Both the position numbers and the translations under genes were made by a program. This document shows, piece by piece, positions 1 to 12,759 of a stretch of DNA of 64,000 nucleotides (its first letter is position 1; each line of letters starts with the position of its first letter). This DNA is from Felis catus (lineage: Eukaryota). The notes below the pieces were generated by a model. The model was not told the origin of the DNA, searched no databases, and saw nothing but the letters and a program-made list of their open reading frames with translations. The stretch is from assembly GCF_018350175.1 (NCBI RefSeq), contig NC_058368.1, positions 110,920,001 through 110,984,000 of the forward strand, written 5' to 3'.

Positions 1-75
1 GAGTACAATATTTGTGTACTGTTCTTTTTGTTTTTAGCTTTACAGTATAAAGGCAAAATACTCTTTTCTCTTTAA

Positions 76-404
76 AATTTTTTTTTAATATTTATTTATT
101 TTTGAGAGAGAGAGGGAGGCAGAGCATGAGCGGGGAAGGGACAGAAAGAGAGGGAGACATAGAATCTGAAGCAGGCTCCAGGCTCTGAGCTGTCAGCACA
201 GAGCCTGATGCGGGGCTAGAACTCACGAAGCATGAGATCATGACTTGAGCTGAAGTTGGATGCTTAACTGACCAAGCCACCCAGGTGCCCCCAAAATACT
301 CTTTTCTAAAGTTATTTAGGTTAGTTCTTTCCTTCTCTACCCTCTCCACTGTGGCTATTTTATTCATTTGTTATGATTTGTATTCAATTTTGGTTCCCAC
401 CCCC

Positions 405-450
<46 letters not shown>

Positions 451-719
451 GGTGTCAAATCAATTAAATGGAAGGAAGGAAAAGTATTTTTTTTAATGTT
501 TTATTTATTTTTGACATGAGGAGAGACAGAGCATGAGCAGGGGAGGGGCAGAGAGAGAGGGAGACACAGAACCCGAAGCAGGCTCCAGGCTCTGAGCTGT
601 CAGCACAGAGCTCCAGGCTCTGAGCACAGAGCCCGACATGAGGCTCAAACCCACAAACCGTGAGATCATGACCTGAGCCGAAGTCGGACGGTCAACCGAC
701 TGAGCCACCCAGGTGCCCC
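76..719 (-). mobile_element. Two CanSINEs (76-291 and 487-719) flanking a CA repeat
   Basis: Reverse-complement CanSINE bodies. TSDs aaaatactcttttct and aaggaaaagtattttt. Confidence 0.9.
406..447. repeat. (CA)n microsatellite
   Basis: Uninterrupted AC run. Confidence 0.98.
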
Positions 720-729
720 AAAAGGAAAA

Positions 730-3160
730 GTATTTTTAATGAATGGTAATAGAATAATAGGATATCTGATTGGGGAAATAATGAGCTTCAACCTCCATTA
801 TATTCCATATGCAAAAATAATTTAAGATTAGATCTAAATCAATCAAATATTACTACTGTAAAACTTCTAGAAAATACATAGGAGAGTATCTTTGCAACTC
901 TGGGGCAGGTAAAATTTATTTAGCTCATAGAAAGCACTAGCCATAAGAGAAAACATTGATAAGTTGGACTTCATCAAAATTCAACATTTCTACTCATCAA
1001 AAGATACCATTAGAAAGATGAATAGGCAGGGGCGCCTGGGTGGCTCAGCCGGTTAAGCATCGGACTTTTGATTTCAGCGCAGGTCGTGATCTCACATTCC
1101 AGCCCCACGCTGGGCTCTGCACTGACAGCACAAAGTCTGTTTGAGGTTCTCTCTCTCCTCTCTCTCTGCTCCTCCCCTGCTCATGCTCTCTCCAAAAAAA
1201 AAAATAATTAAAGGGGCGCCTGGGTGGCTCAGTCGGTTCAGCAACCGATTTCAGCTCAGGTCATGATCTCACGGTTTGTGAGTTCGAGCCCTACGTGGGG
1301 CTCTGTGCTGACAGATCAGAGCCTGGAGCCTGCTTTAGGTTCTGTGTCTCCCTTTCTCTCTGCCCCTCCCCCACTCATGTCTCTCTATCTCAGAAATAAA
1401 TAAACATAGATAGATAGATAGATAGATAGATAAATAAAATAATTAAACTTAAAAAAAGAAAGAAAGAAGGGGGCGCCCGAGGGGCTAAGTCAGTTAAGCA
1501 TCTGACTTCAGCTCAGGTGATAATCTCACAGTTCGTGGGTTTGAGCCCCGCGTCGGGCTCTGTGCTGACAGCTCAGAGCCTGGAGCCTGCTTTGGGTTTT
1601 GTGTCTCCCTCTTTCTCTGCTCCTCCCCTGCTCATGATCTGTCTTTCTCTCTACCTGTTAAAAATAAACATTAAAAAAAAATTAAAAAAAAAGAAAGATG
1701 AATAGGCAAGCTACATACTTATGTACTGGAAAAATGTTCTCTATCAATAAAGGATCTGTATTCAGAATACAGATCTCTGGTTAAAAAACCCTATAAGTTA
1801 ACAAAAAAGACAAAGAACACATTAAAAATGAACAGAAGTCTTCAATGGGCAACAAAAACACATTACAAATAGCCAAAAAGCATATGAAAAGGGACTCAGT
1901 CATTACTCATCAGAGAAATGCAAATTAAAACCCCAATGAAATACTACAACATCCCCCCTAAAATGGTTAAAAGAAGAGATGACAAGCCCAACATTGGTAA
2001 GAATATGTAACAACTTAAATCTTCAATTACTGCTTTGGAAAACTCTTCAGCAGTTTTTCTAGAAAGTTTAATGTACATATCTACTCTATGACCTAGCAAT
2101 ACTACTCAAAGGTATTTGCCTGAGAAAAATGAAAACATGTCCACAAAATATTTGTATAAATATATGCATAGAAGTATTAAAATCTGGGTGCCTGGGTGGC
2201 TCAGTTGATTAATCATTTGGCTCTTGATTTCGGTTCAGGTCATGATCTCACAGTTTGTGAGTTCAAGCCCCACATTGGGCTCCGTGCTGACAGTGCAGAG
2301 CCTGCTTGTGATTCTCTCTCTCTCTCTGCCCTTCACTCTCTCTCTCAAAATAAATAAATTGATTTTTTAAAAAGTATTAAAATCTGTCAGCAACTGAAAG
2401 TGAAGAGATGGAAAAACTTTTCTCATGAAAATTGAAGCAAAAAAAAAAAATCCAGGATAGCAATATTTATATCAGACAAAATAGACTTTAAAACAAAGAC
2501 TAGGGGTGCTTGGATGGCTCAGTGGATTAAACATCCAACTCTTGATTTCAGCTCAAGTCATGATCTCATGGTTTGTGGGATCGAGCCCCACACTGGGCTC
2601 TGTGCTGGTAGCAATGTCAACGCAGAGCCCATGCAGGGCTTGAACGCACAAATCGTGAGATCATGACCTGAGCCAAAACCAAGAGTCAGAGGCTTAACCG
2701 ACTGAGCCACCTAGGTGCCCCAGGAATGAACTACTTTAAGTGGATAGATTATATGGTTTGTTAGACATATCTCAATAAGGCTATAAAAAAAGGAATGAAT
2801 TGAATATACATATACAACATTGATGAATCTCAAAAACACTGTGAAAAAAAGAAGCCAAGTACAAAAGAATATCTACTATATGGTTCATTTACATATATAC
2901 TATATGATTCTATTTATATAATATTCAAATACAAATAATACTAATCTGTGGTAACAGAAGTCAGAAAGCGGATGCCTCTGGTAGGAGATACTGACTGAAA
3001 AATATATAATTGTTTATTTGTTATATATTTTGCTTTGGGTGGCTGTTCTATATTTTGATATAATTGTTCTATATTTTGCTTTGGGTGGTTGTTACATAAG
3101 TATATTTGTCACAACATATGAAGCTAAACAGAATCTGTGCATTTTATTTTACGTAAACTA
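730..3160 (+). mobile_element. Old L1 (L1M-type) ORF2 and 3' UTR fragments interrupted by SINEs
   Basis: Motifs such as gaaatgcaaattaaaacc, ggacttcatcaaaatt and cagacaaaatagactttaaaac. Confidence 0.8.
1029..1692 (+). mobile_element. Three tandem/nested CanSINEs
   Basis: Heads at 1029, 1213 and 1468. Outer TSD gaaagatgaataggca. Confidence 0.9.
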
Positions 3161-3501
3161 TACCTTAAAAAGAATATATCTTTTTTTTTTCTGGTTCAAA
3201 AGGTATCTACATTTTTATTTCTGATAGGTATTTTCAAAGTGCTACAAAAGTCATGCACCAATTACACTCCCACTAGCAATGCATCAGATTACCTACTTTA
3301 CCCAAAGTCTTCCCAGACAAAATGTTTTCTAACTTGGATTTGTGACAATTTGCTAAATTCAACAGTTTTCTCTCCAGATACTTTAAAAATACATTTTCTA
3401 ATTATCAGTGAGGATGAATTTGTAAATGTTTAAAAGCGAATTTTAATCCTAACCACATGCTTTTCATCTTCTTTTCTTTTCTTTAAAAAGAAGATATCTT
3501 T

Positions 3502-5175
3502 TTTTTTCAATATATGAAATTTATTGTCAAAATGGTTTCCATACAACACCCAGTGCTCATCCCAAAAGGTGCCCTCCCCAATACCCATCACCCACCCTCT
3601 CCTCCCTCCCACCCCCCATCAACCCTCAGTTTGTTCTCAGTTTTTAAGAGTCTCTCATGCTTTGGCTCTCTCCCACCCTAACCTCTTTTTTTTTTTTCCT
3701 TCCCCTCCCCCATGGGTTTCTGTCAAGTTTCTCAGGATCCACATAAGAGTGAAAACATATGGTATCTGTCTTTCTCTATATGGCTTATTTCACTTAGCAT
3801 CACACTCTCCAGTTCCATCCACGTTGCTACAAAGGGCCATATTTCGTTCTTTCTCATTGCCCTGTAGTACTCCATTGTGTATATAAACCACAATTTCTTT
3901 ATCCATTCATCAGCTGATGGACATTTCAGCTCTTTCCATAATTTGGCTATTGTTGAGAGTGCTGCTATAAACATTGGGGTACAAGTGCCCCTATGCATCA
4001 GTACACCTGTATCCCTTGGGTAAATTTTTAGCCCTGCTATTGCTGGGTCATAAGGTAGGTCTATTTTTAATTTTCTGAGGAACCTTCACACTGTTTTCCA
4101 GAGTAGCTGCACCACTTTGCATTCCCACCAACAGTGCAAGAGGGTTCCCGTTTCTCCACATCCTCTCCAGCATCTATCTATAGTCTCCTGATTTGTTCAT
4201 TTTGGCGACTCTGACTGGCGTGAGGTGATATCTGAGTGTGGTTTTGATTTGTATTTCCCTGATGAGGAGCGACGTTGAGCATCTTTTCATGTGCCTGTTG
4301 GCCATCCGGATGTCTTCTTTAGAGAAGTGTCTATTCATGTTTTCTGCCCATTTCTTCACTGGGTTATTTGTTTTTCGGGTGTGGAGTTTGGTGAGCTCTT
4401 TATAGATTTTGGATACACCCCTTTGTCCGATATGTCATTTGCAAATATCTTTTCCCATTCCGTTGGTTGCCTTTTAGTTTTGTTGGTTGTTTCCTTTGCT
4501 GTGCAGAAGCTTTTTATCTTCATAAGGTCCCAGTAATTCATTTTTGCTTTTAATTCCCTTGCCTTTGGGGATGTGTCGAGTAAGAGATTGCTACGGCTGA
4601 GGTCAGAGAGGTCTTTTCCTGCTTTCTCCTCTAGGGTTTTGATGGTTTCCTGTCTCACATTCAGGTCCTTTATCCATTTTGAGTTTATTTTTGTGAATGG
4701 TGTGAGAAAGTGGTCTAGTTTCAATCTTCTGCATGTTGCTGTCCAGTTCTCCCGGCACCATTTGTTAAAGAGACTGTCTTTTTTCCATTGGATGTTCTTT
4801 CCTGCTTTGTCAAAGATTAGTTGGCCATACGTTTGTGGGTCTAGTTCTGGGTCTATTCTATTCCATTGGTCTATGTGTCTGTTTTTGTGCCAATACCATG
4901 CTGTCTTGATGATGACAGCTTTGTAGTAGAGGCTAAAGTCTGGGATTGTGATGCCTCCTGCTTTGGTCTTCTTCTTCAACATTACTTTGGCTATTCGGGG
5001 CCTTTTGTGGTTACATATGAATTTTAGGATTGCTTGTTCTAGTTTCGAGAAGAATGCTGGTGCAATTTTGATTGGGATTGCATTGAATGTGTAGATAGCT
5101 TTGGGTAGTATTGACATTTTGACAATATTTATTCTTCCAATCCATGAGCAGGGAATGTCTTTCTATTTCTTTATA
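3502..5175 (-). mobile_element. Young 5'-truncated felid L1 (ORF2 C-terminus plus 3' UTR)
   Basis: ORFs 4356..5117, 4174..4359 and 3732..3998 are frameshifted pieces of the L1 ORF2p C-terminus. 18-bp TSD taaaaagaagatatcttt at 3484-3501 and 5176-5193. Confidence 0.95.
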
Positions 5176-8157
5176 TAAAAAGAAGATATCTTTAAGGAAG
5201 TGAATGGATAATATCACACATTGGGAGATAATATTTATAATGCATATGTGTGACAAAAGACTTCTATCCAGACTATATCAAGAATCTCTAAAAACTAGCA
5301 ACAAAAAAGCAAACATTCCAGGGTGGTTGGGTGGCTCAACTGGCTAAGTGTCTAACTCTTGATATCTGCTCAGGTCATGATCTCATCGTTCGTGGGATCA
5401 AGCCCTGTGTGGGGCTCTATGCTGACAAAGTGGAGCCTGCCTGAGATCCTCTCTCTCCATCTCTCTCTGCCACTCCCCTTTGTGCACACTCTCTCTCATA
5501 AGAAGCAAACATTCCAATTTACAATGTGCAAAAAATGTACAAAATATATGAACAGTTAACAAAAAAGATATGAGGATGTCAAATAAGCATGTGAAAAGAT
5601 GCTTAACATCATTATTCCCTAGGGAAATGCAAATTAAAACCTCAATGAGATGCTAATATACATCCACTAAAATGGATAAAATGAAAACAACTTATGTATG
5701 AAATGTTTATAAAGATATGGTACAACTGGAACTCTTATCTATCGTTGATGGGTGTTCAAAGAGTTCTCTCATTTTAGAGAACTCCTTGGTAGTTTCTTAA
5801 AAATTTGAATATATACCTACCCTATGACCCAGGAATTCTACTTCTAAGCATTTTCCCAAGAGAAACAGTGGTTCATATCCACAAAGAGGCTTGTGCAAGA
5901 AAGTTCATAGTATCCTTAATCATAATAATTAAAACAACCCAAATATGTGTCAACAGGAGAATGGATAAGGAAACTGTTCGATTTTCATACAACAAAACAC
6001 TACATAGCCATAAAAAGTAACAAATAACTGACACCTGCAAACCATGGATGAATCTCAAAACATCACACCAAAGTATACACACTGTATTCTATTTATACGA
6101 TTCAAATTTCAAAGTCTGAAAATGGGCAAAACTAATTTATGGTGTCAGAACTCAGAAAGTGTTTGGATTAAGGGAGAGTAGAAAATTCCCTGGAAAAAGG
6201 ACTAGGGTAATGGAAATGTTCTAGATCTTGTTTCAGGTAGTATTGCATGGGTGAATACAACTGTCAAAACTCATTCAACTGAAGACTTAAAATCCATTTC
6301 AAAAGCCCTAAAATGAAAATGAAATAAAGATATTTTCAGAAAAACATAAATGTGTGGCTTTGTCACCAACAGGTCTACATTAAAGGAAGTATGAAAGGGT
6401 AGTTTTCAGGCAAATTTCAGTAAAATGATCCCAGATGTAAGCTTGGAGATTCTGGGAGGAAAATACATAGCAACAAAAATGTTAAATATTAACTGTCTAA
6501 AACAATAATAGTATATTGTAGAACTAACACATACATAATTAAAATACATGACAAAAATAACACATAAGTCAGGAGAGAAGTATAAGGAGTAAAGATAATC
6601 TCAGGTCCTTTCATTGTCCAAAAACAAGTAAAAGTACTAATTTTATTAAACTCTAGTAAGTCAAAGATGCATGCGAGAGTCTACAGAGAATTGTAAAAGA
6701 GTATAATTAACAAACAAATAAAAGGGAAATATTGAAAAATAAAAATACTCAAAAAATCCAAAGAAAGCAATAAAGGGAGGGGGAAAAAACAGAACAAGTA
6801 GAACAAATGGAAAATAAACAGTAAGCTGATAAATTTAAAACCAAAGATAGCAATAACTAAATTAAATATAAATGGCTCTAAATAAAATCCTTCAAATAAA
6901 ACACATGAATTGTCAGACTGGATTAAAAAAAATTAAAATTATGCTGCTTATAAAAGAACCATTTAGATGAAATATAAATACATAGGAATATTGAAAGTCA
7001 AAATTAAAAATGTACCATACAAACTCTAAACAGACAAAGCTAGTGTAGTTGTATTGATAACAGATCAAGTAGACTTTATGGCAAGAAATATTTCATAATG
7101 AACAAAGATGAGAGATATTTCATAACCAAAAAAGGTAAAATTCAGCAGGAAAATGTAATAAATCTATATTTTTGCACCTAAAAACATAGCCTTAAATGTA
7201 CATAAAGAAAAAATAAAATTAAAAGGAGAAATAGAGAATTCCATAATCATAGTTCGAAATTTTAACACACACCTGTCGATACCTGTTAGAATAGGCACAG
7301 CCAAAGAATAAGAAATGATTTGAAGATCTGAATAACACAACAGTCTTGAACTGACATCTGGAGAATACTGTACCCAATGACTAGAGAATACACATTATTT
7401 TAAAGTTAAAAAATTTACTATATGCTGGTACATAAAACAAGTCAATAAATTTCAAAGGACTGAATTAATACAGATTGTATTCTCTGACCACACTCTAATT
7501 AAGGTAAATAGTAATTTCAAAGATCCTCATATGTTTGGAAACTGAGAATTACATTTCTCAGTAACTCATGGTTCAAAGCAGATATCACAAGAGAAATTAG
7601 AAAATAGCTTTTACTGAACAATAATGAAAATACTACATATAGAAATTTGTGTGACGCTGAGGTAAAAATTTGTGCTTAGAGGTAAACCTATCACTTTAAA
7701 ATGCTTATTATAAAAAGAACAGTGGCTGATAACGATTTAAGTTAGAAAATGAACACAAAATTTATGCTAAAGAAAGTAGAGGGAAAAAATTAAGGATAAA
7801 AGCAAACATTAATGACATAAAAAACAAGCAGAGAAAGGATCATCTTCATTGAAGACGTAGAAACTAATAAATCTCTGACAAAACTTACCAAGGAGGGGCG
7901 CCTGGGTGGCTCAGTAGGTTAAACATCTGACTTTGGCTCAGGTCATGATCTCATGGTCTGTGAGTTTGAGCCCCACATGAGGCTCTGTGCTGACAGCTCG
8001 GAGCCTGGAGCCTGGTTAGGATTCTGTGTCTCCCTCTCTCTCTGCCCCTCCCCTGCTCATGTTCTCTTTCCCTCTCTCTCAAAAACAAACATTAAAAAAA
8101 ATTACCAAGGAAAAATGAGAGAAAATAGAAATTTTCACTGCCAATAATCAAAAAGAA

Positions 8158-8370
8158 GGGCGCCTGGGTGGCGCAGTCGGTTAAGCGTCCGACTTCAGCC
8201 AGGTCACGATCTCGCGGTCCGTGAGTTCGAGCCCCGCATCAGGCTCTGGGCTGATGGCTCGGAGCCTGGAGCCTGTTTCCGATTCTGTGTCTCCCTCTCT
8301 CTCTGCCCCTCCCCCGTTCATGCTCTGTCTCTCTCTGTCCCCAAAAAAATAAATAAACGTTGAAAAAAAA
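8158..8370 (+). mobile_element. Young CanSINE (SINEC_Fc type)
   Basis: CpG-rich consensus-like body. TSD aataatcaaaaaga on both sides. Confidence 0.95.
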
Positions 8371-9840
8371 ATAATCAAAAAGAGGACTTCACTATAAATC
8401 CTACAGATTTTTATAATAAGAGAATATTATGAACAACTTTATCTTGACAAATTTAGAAATTTAGGTGAAATGGACAAATTCGTAGAAAAACAACAAACAA
8501 GTAGCAGCAGCAGCAAAAAAAAAAATCAGTCAATTAATTAATAGGATCTAACTTTCAAATAAAAGGAGTTGGTCATTAAAAACTTTCCCACACACTGCTG
8601 CTGTTGCCAACACGATGTGAGTCCCTTGGATCCTTGGATTCTAATGAAGTCAGGTGATGCTGCAGAATGAGAGACAAGCCAATTTGAGGGAAGTTTGGAT
8701 CCAGCCTCATCTAGAATTAGGATTAGGGGCGCCTGGGTGGCTCAGTCGGTTTAGCGTCCAACTTCAGCTCAGGTCATGATTTCACAGTCCATGAGTTCAA
8801 GCCCCGCATCGGGCTCTGTGCTGACAGCTCAGAGCCTGGAGCCTGCTTCAGATACTGTATCTCCCTGTCTCTCTGCCCTTCCCCCTGCTCATGCTCTGTC
8901 TCTCTCTGTCTCAAAAATAAATAAAAGCATTAAAAAAAATTAGAATTACGATTAGGCGTTTGATAAAAACAAACTCATCCAGATGCAAAATATCTTGATG
9001 CATTTTGCCAGTGGGAGGACAGAAGTGCCTGCCTGGGGAATGATGAACTCATGAAGAAGTGTACTAGATATTCAGTTCAGAAAATCTAGCATAGTACCAA
9101 AGCACAAGACCTCTAGCCTATATCAAGTAACAATGTCCTCAGCTCAAGGCCAACGTAAAGCCCATCTTTTTATTTTTTTTAACATTTATTTATTATTGAG
9201 AGACAGAGAGACATGCGCATGAACAGGGGAGAGGTACAGAGACGGGGAGACACGAATCTGAAGTAGGCTCCAGGCTCTGAGCTATCAGCACAGAGCCTGA
9301 CACAAGGCTTGAACTCACAAACTGTGAGATCATGACCTGAGCCAAAGTCGATCGCCTAACCAACTGAGCCACCCATGCGCCCCAAGCCCATCTTTTTATT
9401 GAAGTACATTACTAATGCTTGGCTTTGCACCAATCACACATTCAGGTTTGTCCTCTATAATTTCAAAGCTGATCTCTCACTCATGTGACCACATTATTTC
9501 CCTCTTCTTCCTGATATAAATCAGTCTCCTAGATACTCCAAAATTCACAATTAAATAGGGCTTGTAGCAACAGTGATGTTGTGCTATTGCCACTGAAGAG
9601 TTATAAGTATATTTGGATTATAGTTTTTTTTATCTGACATTAGTTTGTGTGGTAGTAGCACAACTTTAGAAAGAGTACATAATGGACTTAAAAAAAATTA
9701 AAGACAAGTGGGGCACCTGGCTGGCAGGCTTAGTTGGTAGAGCATGTGACTCTTGATCTCAGGATTGTGAGTTCAAACCCCATATTGGGTATAGATACTA
9801 CTTGAAAAAAAAAATCTACTTCTGAGTTTCTTTAATAACC

Positions 9841-9897
9841 GAAGAAGAAGAAGAAGAAGAAGAAGAAGAAGAAGAAGAAGAAGAAGAAGAAGAAGAA
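9841..9897. repeat. (GAA)19 trinucleotide repeat
   Basis: Perfect GAA run. Confidence 0.98.
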
Positions 9898-10369
9898 AAG
9901 TATCTAATCACAGCCCAGATATTAATTTATTCAGATGTATGAATACTTCATTATGAAACAAAACCATGAAAACTAAATGAAAGGAGAGAGAGGTCAAAGG
10001 GAAGGAAGTGTGGAAGACACTCCCACAAAGAGAACTCCAGGCCCAGATGGCTTCACGGATACATTTTATCATTTTAATAAGAAAATAATCTGGGGCACCT
10101 GGATGGCTCTGTCAGTTGAGCATCTGACTCTTGATTTCGGCTCAGGTTATGATCCCAGGGTCGTGGGATAGAGCCACAGCGTCAGGCTCCTCACTGAGTG
10201 TGGAGCCTACTTGGCATTCTCCCTCTCTCTCTGTCTCCCTCCCCCTGCCCCCGCTCCTCTCTCACTCGCTCCCTCCCTCTTTCTTTCAAAATAAATAAAT
10301 AAATAAACAAACAAACTTAAAAAAACAAACTAATCTTACATGAAATCTTTCGAAGAGTAGTGAAATTTT

Positions 10370-10800
10370 GCTATCTTACTCTGTGGAAACAAATAATCTC
10401 TAAGTCTCAGTGATTCAAAACAATGAGGGTTTCTTTCTCATGTTACGCTTCAGATGCAACAGATTTGTTGCAGCTCTTCTCCAAGCTGTGGGTATGCTGT
10501 GGCTCACATCCCTGTGATCCGAGCTGAAGGAACTATTTGGGATTTACTGTTATCATCTAATGTCAGAAGATAAAGAACAAGAGAGATGGCACAAAGACAT
10601 AATGGATCCTTTCAGACATAGTGTATGGCTTGTCCATTTACATGTCATTTGCCAAAGCAAGTCAGATGTTCAATCTCTACTCATTGGGTCAAGGAAATGT
10701 ACCTCCTTCATAGGTGCTACTACAAATCACAAAGGCAAGGATGTATGATCTCTTAGAGAAAAGGGGAGTGAATATCTGAATAGCTACATAGATTGCACAG
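10370..10800. mobile_element. MaLR LTR (old MLT1-like) inside L1
   Basis: aaacaaataatctctaagtctcagtgattcaaaacaatgagggtttctttctca resembles an MLT1 terminus and interrupts collinear L1 sequence. Confidence 0.55.
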
Positions 10801-10974
10801 TTCTCAACCAATTTTACTAAATCAGCATGATTTGATCGAAAGTCTGACAAGGACATTGTAAGAAAGGAAAATTACAGTTCATTCTCACCCATGACATAGA
10901 TGTGAAAGTTCTAAGTGAAATACTAGCAAATTGATTTTGGCAATATGCAAAAGTATGAGAAAGTTTTTAACAAC

Positions 10975-12180
10975 CTATTTTCTGTCTGTCTCTATAGATT
11001 TCTCTGTTCCAGGCATTTCATAGGAGTGGAGTCATGTAATACATGGTCTTTTTGTGACTGGCTTCTTTCAGTTAGCAAAATATTTTCAAGGTTCATCCAT
11101 GTTGTACCATGCATTGCTACTTTATTCCTTTTTTAAGGCCATAGAATGTTCCATTGCAAGGAAATGCCACATTTTGCTTATCCATTCATCAGCTGATGGA
11201 CATTTGGGTTGTTACTACTTTTAATTATTGCTAATTATGTTATTATAAATATTTGTGTACAAATTTCAGTGTATATAGATATGTTTTCATTTCTCTTGGG
11301 TATGTACCTAGGAGTAGTATTGTTGGGTCATAAGGTAACTATGTGTTTAATTATTTAAGGAACTGCCAGACTATTTTTCCAGAGTATCTGCACCATTTTA
11401 TATTTCCACCAGCAGAGTATAAGGGTTACAATTTCTCTACATCCTCTCCAACATTTGCTATTGTCTGACTTTTGGATTCTAGTCATCCTAATGTGTGGGT
11501 GTGGAGTGCCACTGAATCTCTGGGGGTTTGATTTGCATATCCCTGATGATTAATGATGTTGAGCATATTTTCAAGTGCTTATTGGCCATTTTCTATATTC
11601 CTTGGAACAGTATCTGTCCAGATCCTGTCTTAGCTCAGGCTACTATAACAAAATACCATAGATGGGGTGGCTTAAACAGCAGAAATTTATTTTCTCACAG
11701 TTCTGGAGGCTGGAAGTCCAAGATCAGGACACCAGCATTGTTGGGCTGTGGTGAAGTCTGTCTTCGTGGCTTAGAGACACCACCTCCTCACTGTGCCCTT
11801 ACATGGCCTTTCTTCAGGGCATGCACATGGGGGTTGGTAGAAGTAGGAAGAGAAAGAGAGAGAAAGATCTCTGGGTTCTCTTCTTAAAAGTACACTAATT
11901 AGACACTTATTAGATCATGGCTCTACCTTTATGATCTTATTAACCTTAATTATTTCTATAAAGGCCTCATCTTCAATACAGTCACAAGGGGGGGTTCGGA
12001 CTTCAACATATGAATTCTGTGAAGGAACACAATTCAGTCTACAGCAGGTCCTTTGTCCATGTAAAAAATTGGGCTGACTTTGTATTATTGAGTTTTAAGA
12101 GTTCTTGATACACCTTGGTTACTAGTACCTTATCACATATGTGATTTTTCTCCTATTCTTTGGTTTGTTTTCCTCTGTTC
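10975..12180 (-). mobile_element. Old L1 3' end (L1MB-like)
   Basis: tccattcatcagctgatggacatttgggttg, gatttgcatatccctgatg and related L1 3' motifs in reverse orientation. Confidence 0.8.
11626..12045 (-). mobile_element. MaLR solo LTR (MLT1A/B-like)
   Basis: taacaaaataccatagatggggtggcttaaacagcagaaatttattttctcacagttctggaggctggaagtccaagatcagg ... acttcaacatatgaatt. Imperfect 5-bp TSD gatcc/ggtcc. Confidence 0.85.
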
Positions 12181-12204
12181 TAAAATTTTCTCCATATCCC
12201 TGCA

Positions 12205-12757
12205 TATTAATCATACCTTTTTTTATTTTCTTTATTTTTGATGCTTTTGCATTCTGAGATCTTACTGACCCTGAGGAGACTGCTCCTTCCTAAGGCTAGC
12301 CAATTATTAGAGATAGTAAAGAACTCACCTGTCAGCATGCTTTTCATATGCAATATCCTAACTACATCCTTTATCAGGCTCTTACACTGCAGGTTGCTAT
12401 TCCTCTGCTCTAATCACCCCAAGGCCAGGTATGAGACAAATAAGGACAGTCCCCAAATCCCAGAGCCTGCTGAAATTACTCAAACTAGCCAATCCTAAGA
12501 CTGCTTACCCTGACTTGCACGTTTCTTCCCATAGAAACCAAGATAAAGGCTCTTACCCAGGTTCCCCCCGCCCTTCCCTCTGCTTCCCCACCAACCCTGG
12601 TGCTTTCCCAGGTGTATGCCCAGGTGGTCCCCTGTGGCATAGAGTGATCCCTTTCTCTTGAGATCTAAGAATATAACAAACTATGTTTTCAATGGCAGGT
12701 CTCCTCAATTGTTGGTCTCACCCTACCTGGGTAGTAATAAATCCTTGTTTTAATACA
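12205..12757 (+). mobile_element. ERVL solo LTR (MER74-like)
   Basis: ctgaccctgaggagactgctccttcctaaggctagccaatt..agagatag ... ttttcatatgcaa. Ends aataaatcc..ttttaataca. Confidence 0.6.
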
Positions 12758-12759
12758 TC

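Larger units (their letters stand above)
5200..10950 (+). mobile_element. Old L1 fragments (3' end, then ORF1 end and ORF2 5' half) with nested SINE, LTR and other inserts
   Basis: Degenerate L1 motifs: ttctctgaccac, gaaatggacaaattc, ccaggcccagatggcttcac, aaatactagcaaa. ORF 5805..6020 resembles the ORF2p terminus. Confidence 0.8.

Noticed and set aside
4356..5117. Longest ORF (253 aa) as a host gene
   Set aside because: It is an L1 ORF2p C-terminal fragment within a truncated, frameshifted, TSD-flanked L1.
8158..8230. tRNA-like A/B-box sequence as a tRNA gene
   Set aside because: It is the tRNA-derived head of a CanSINE, followed by the SINE body, CT tract and A-tail.
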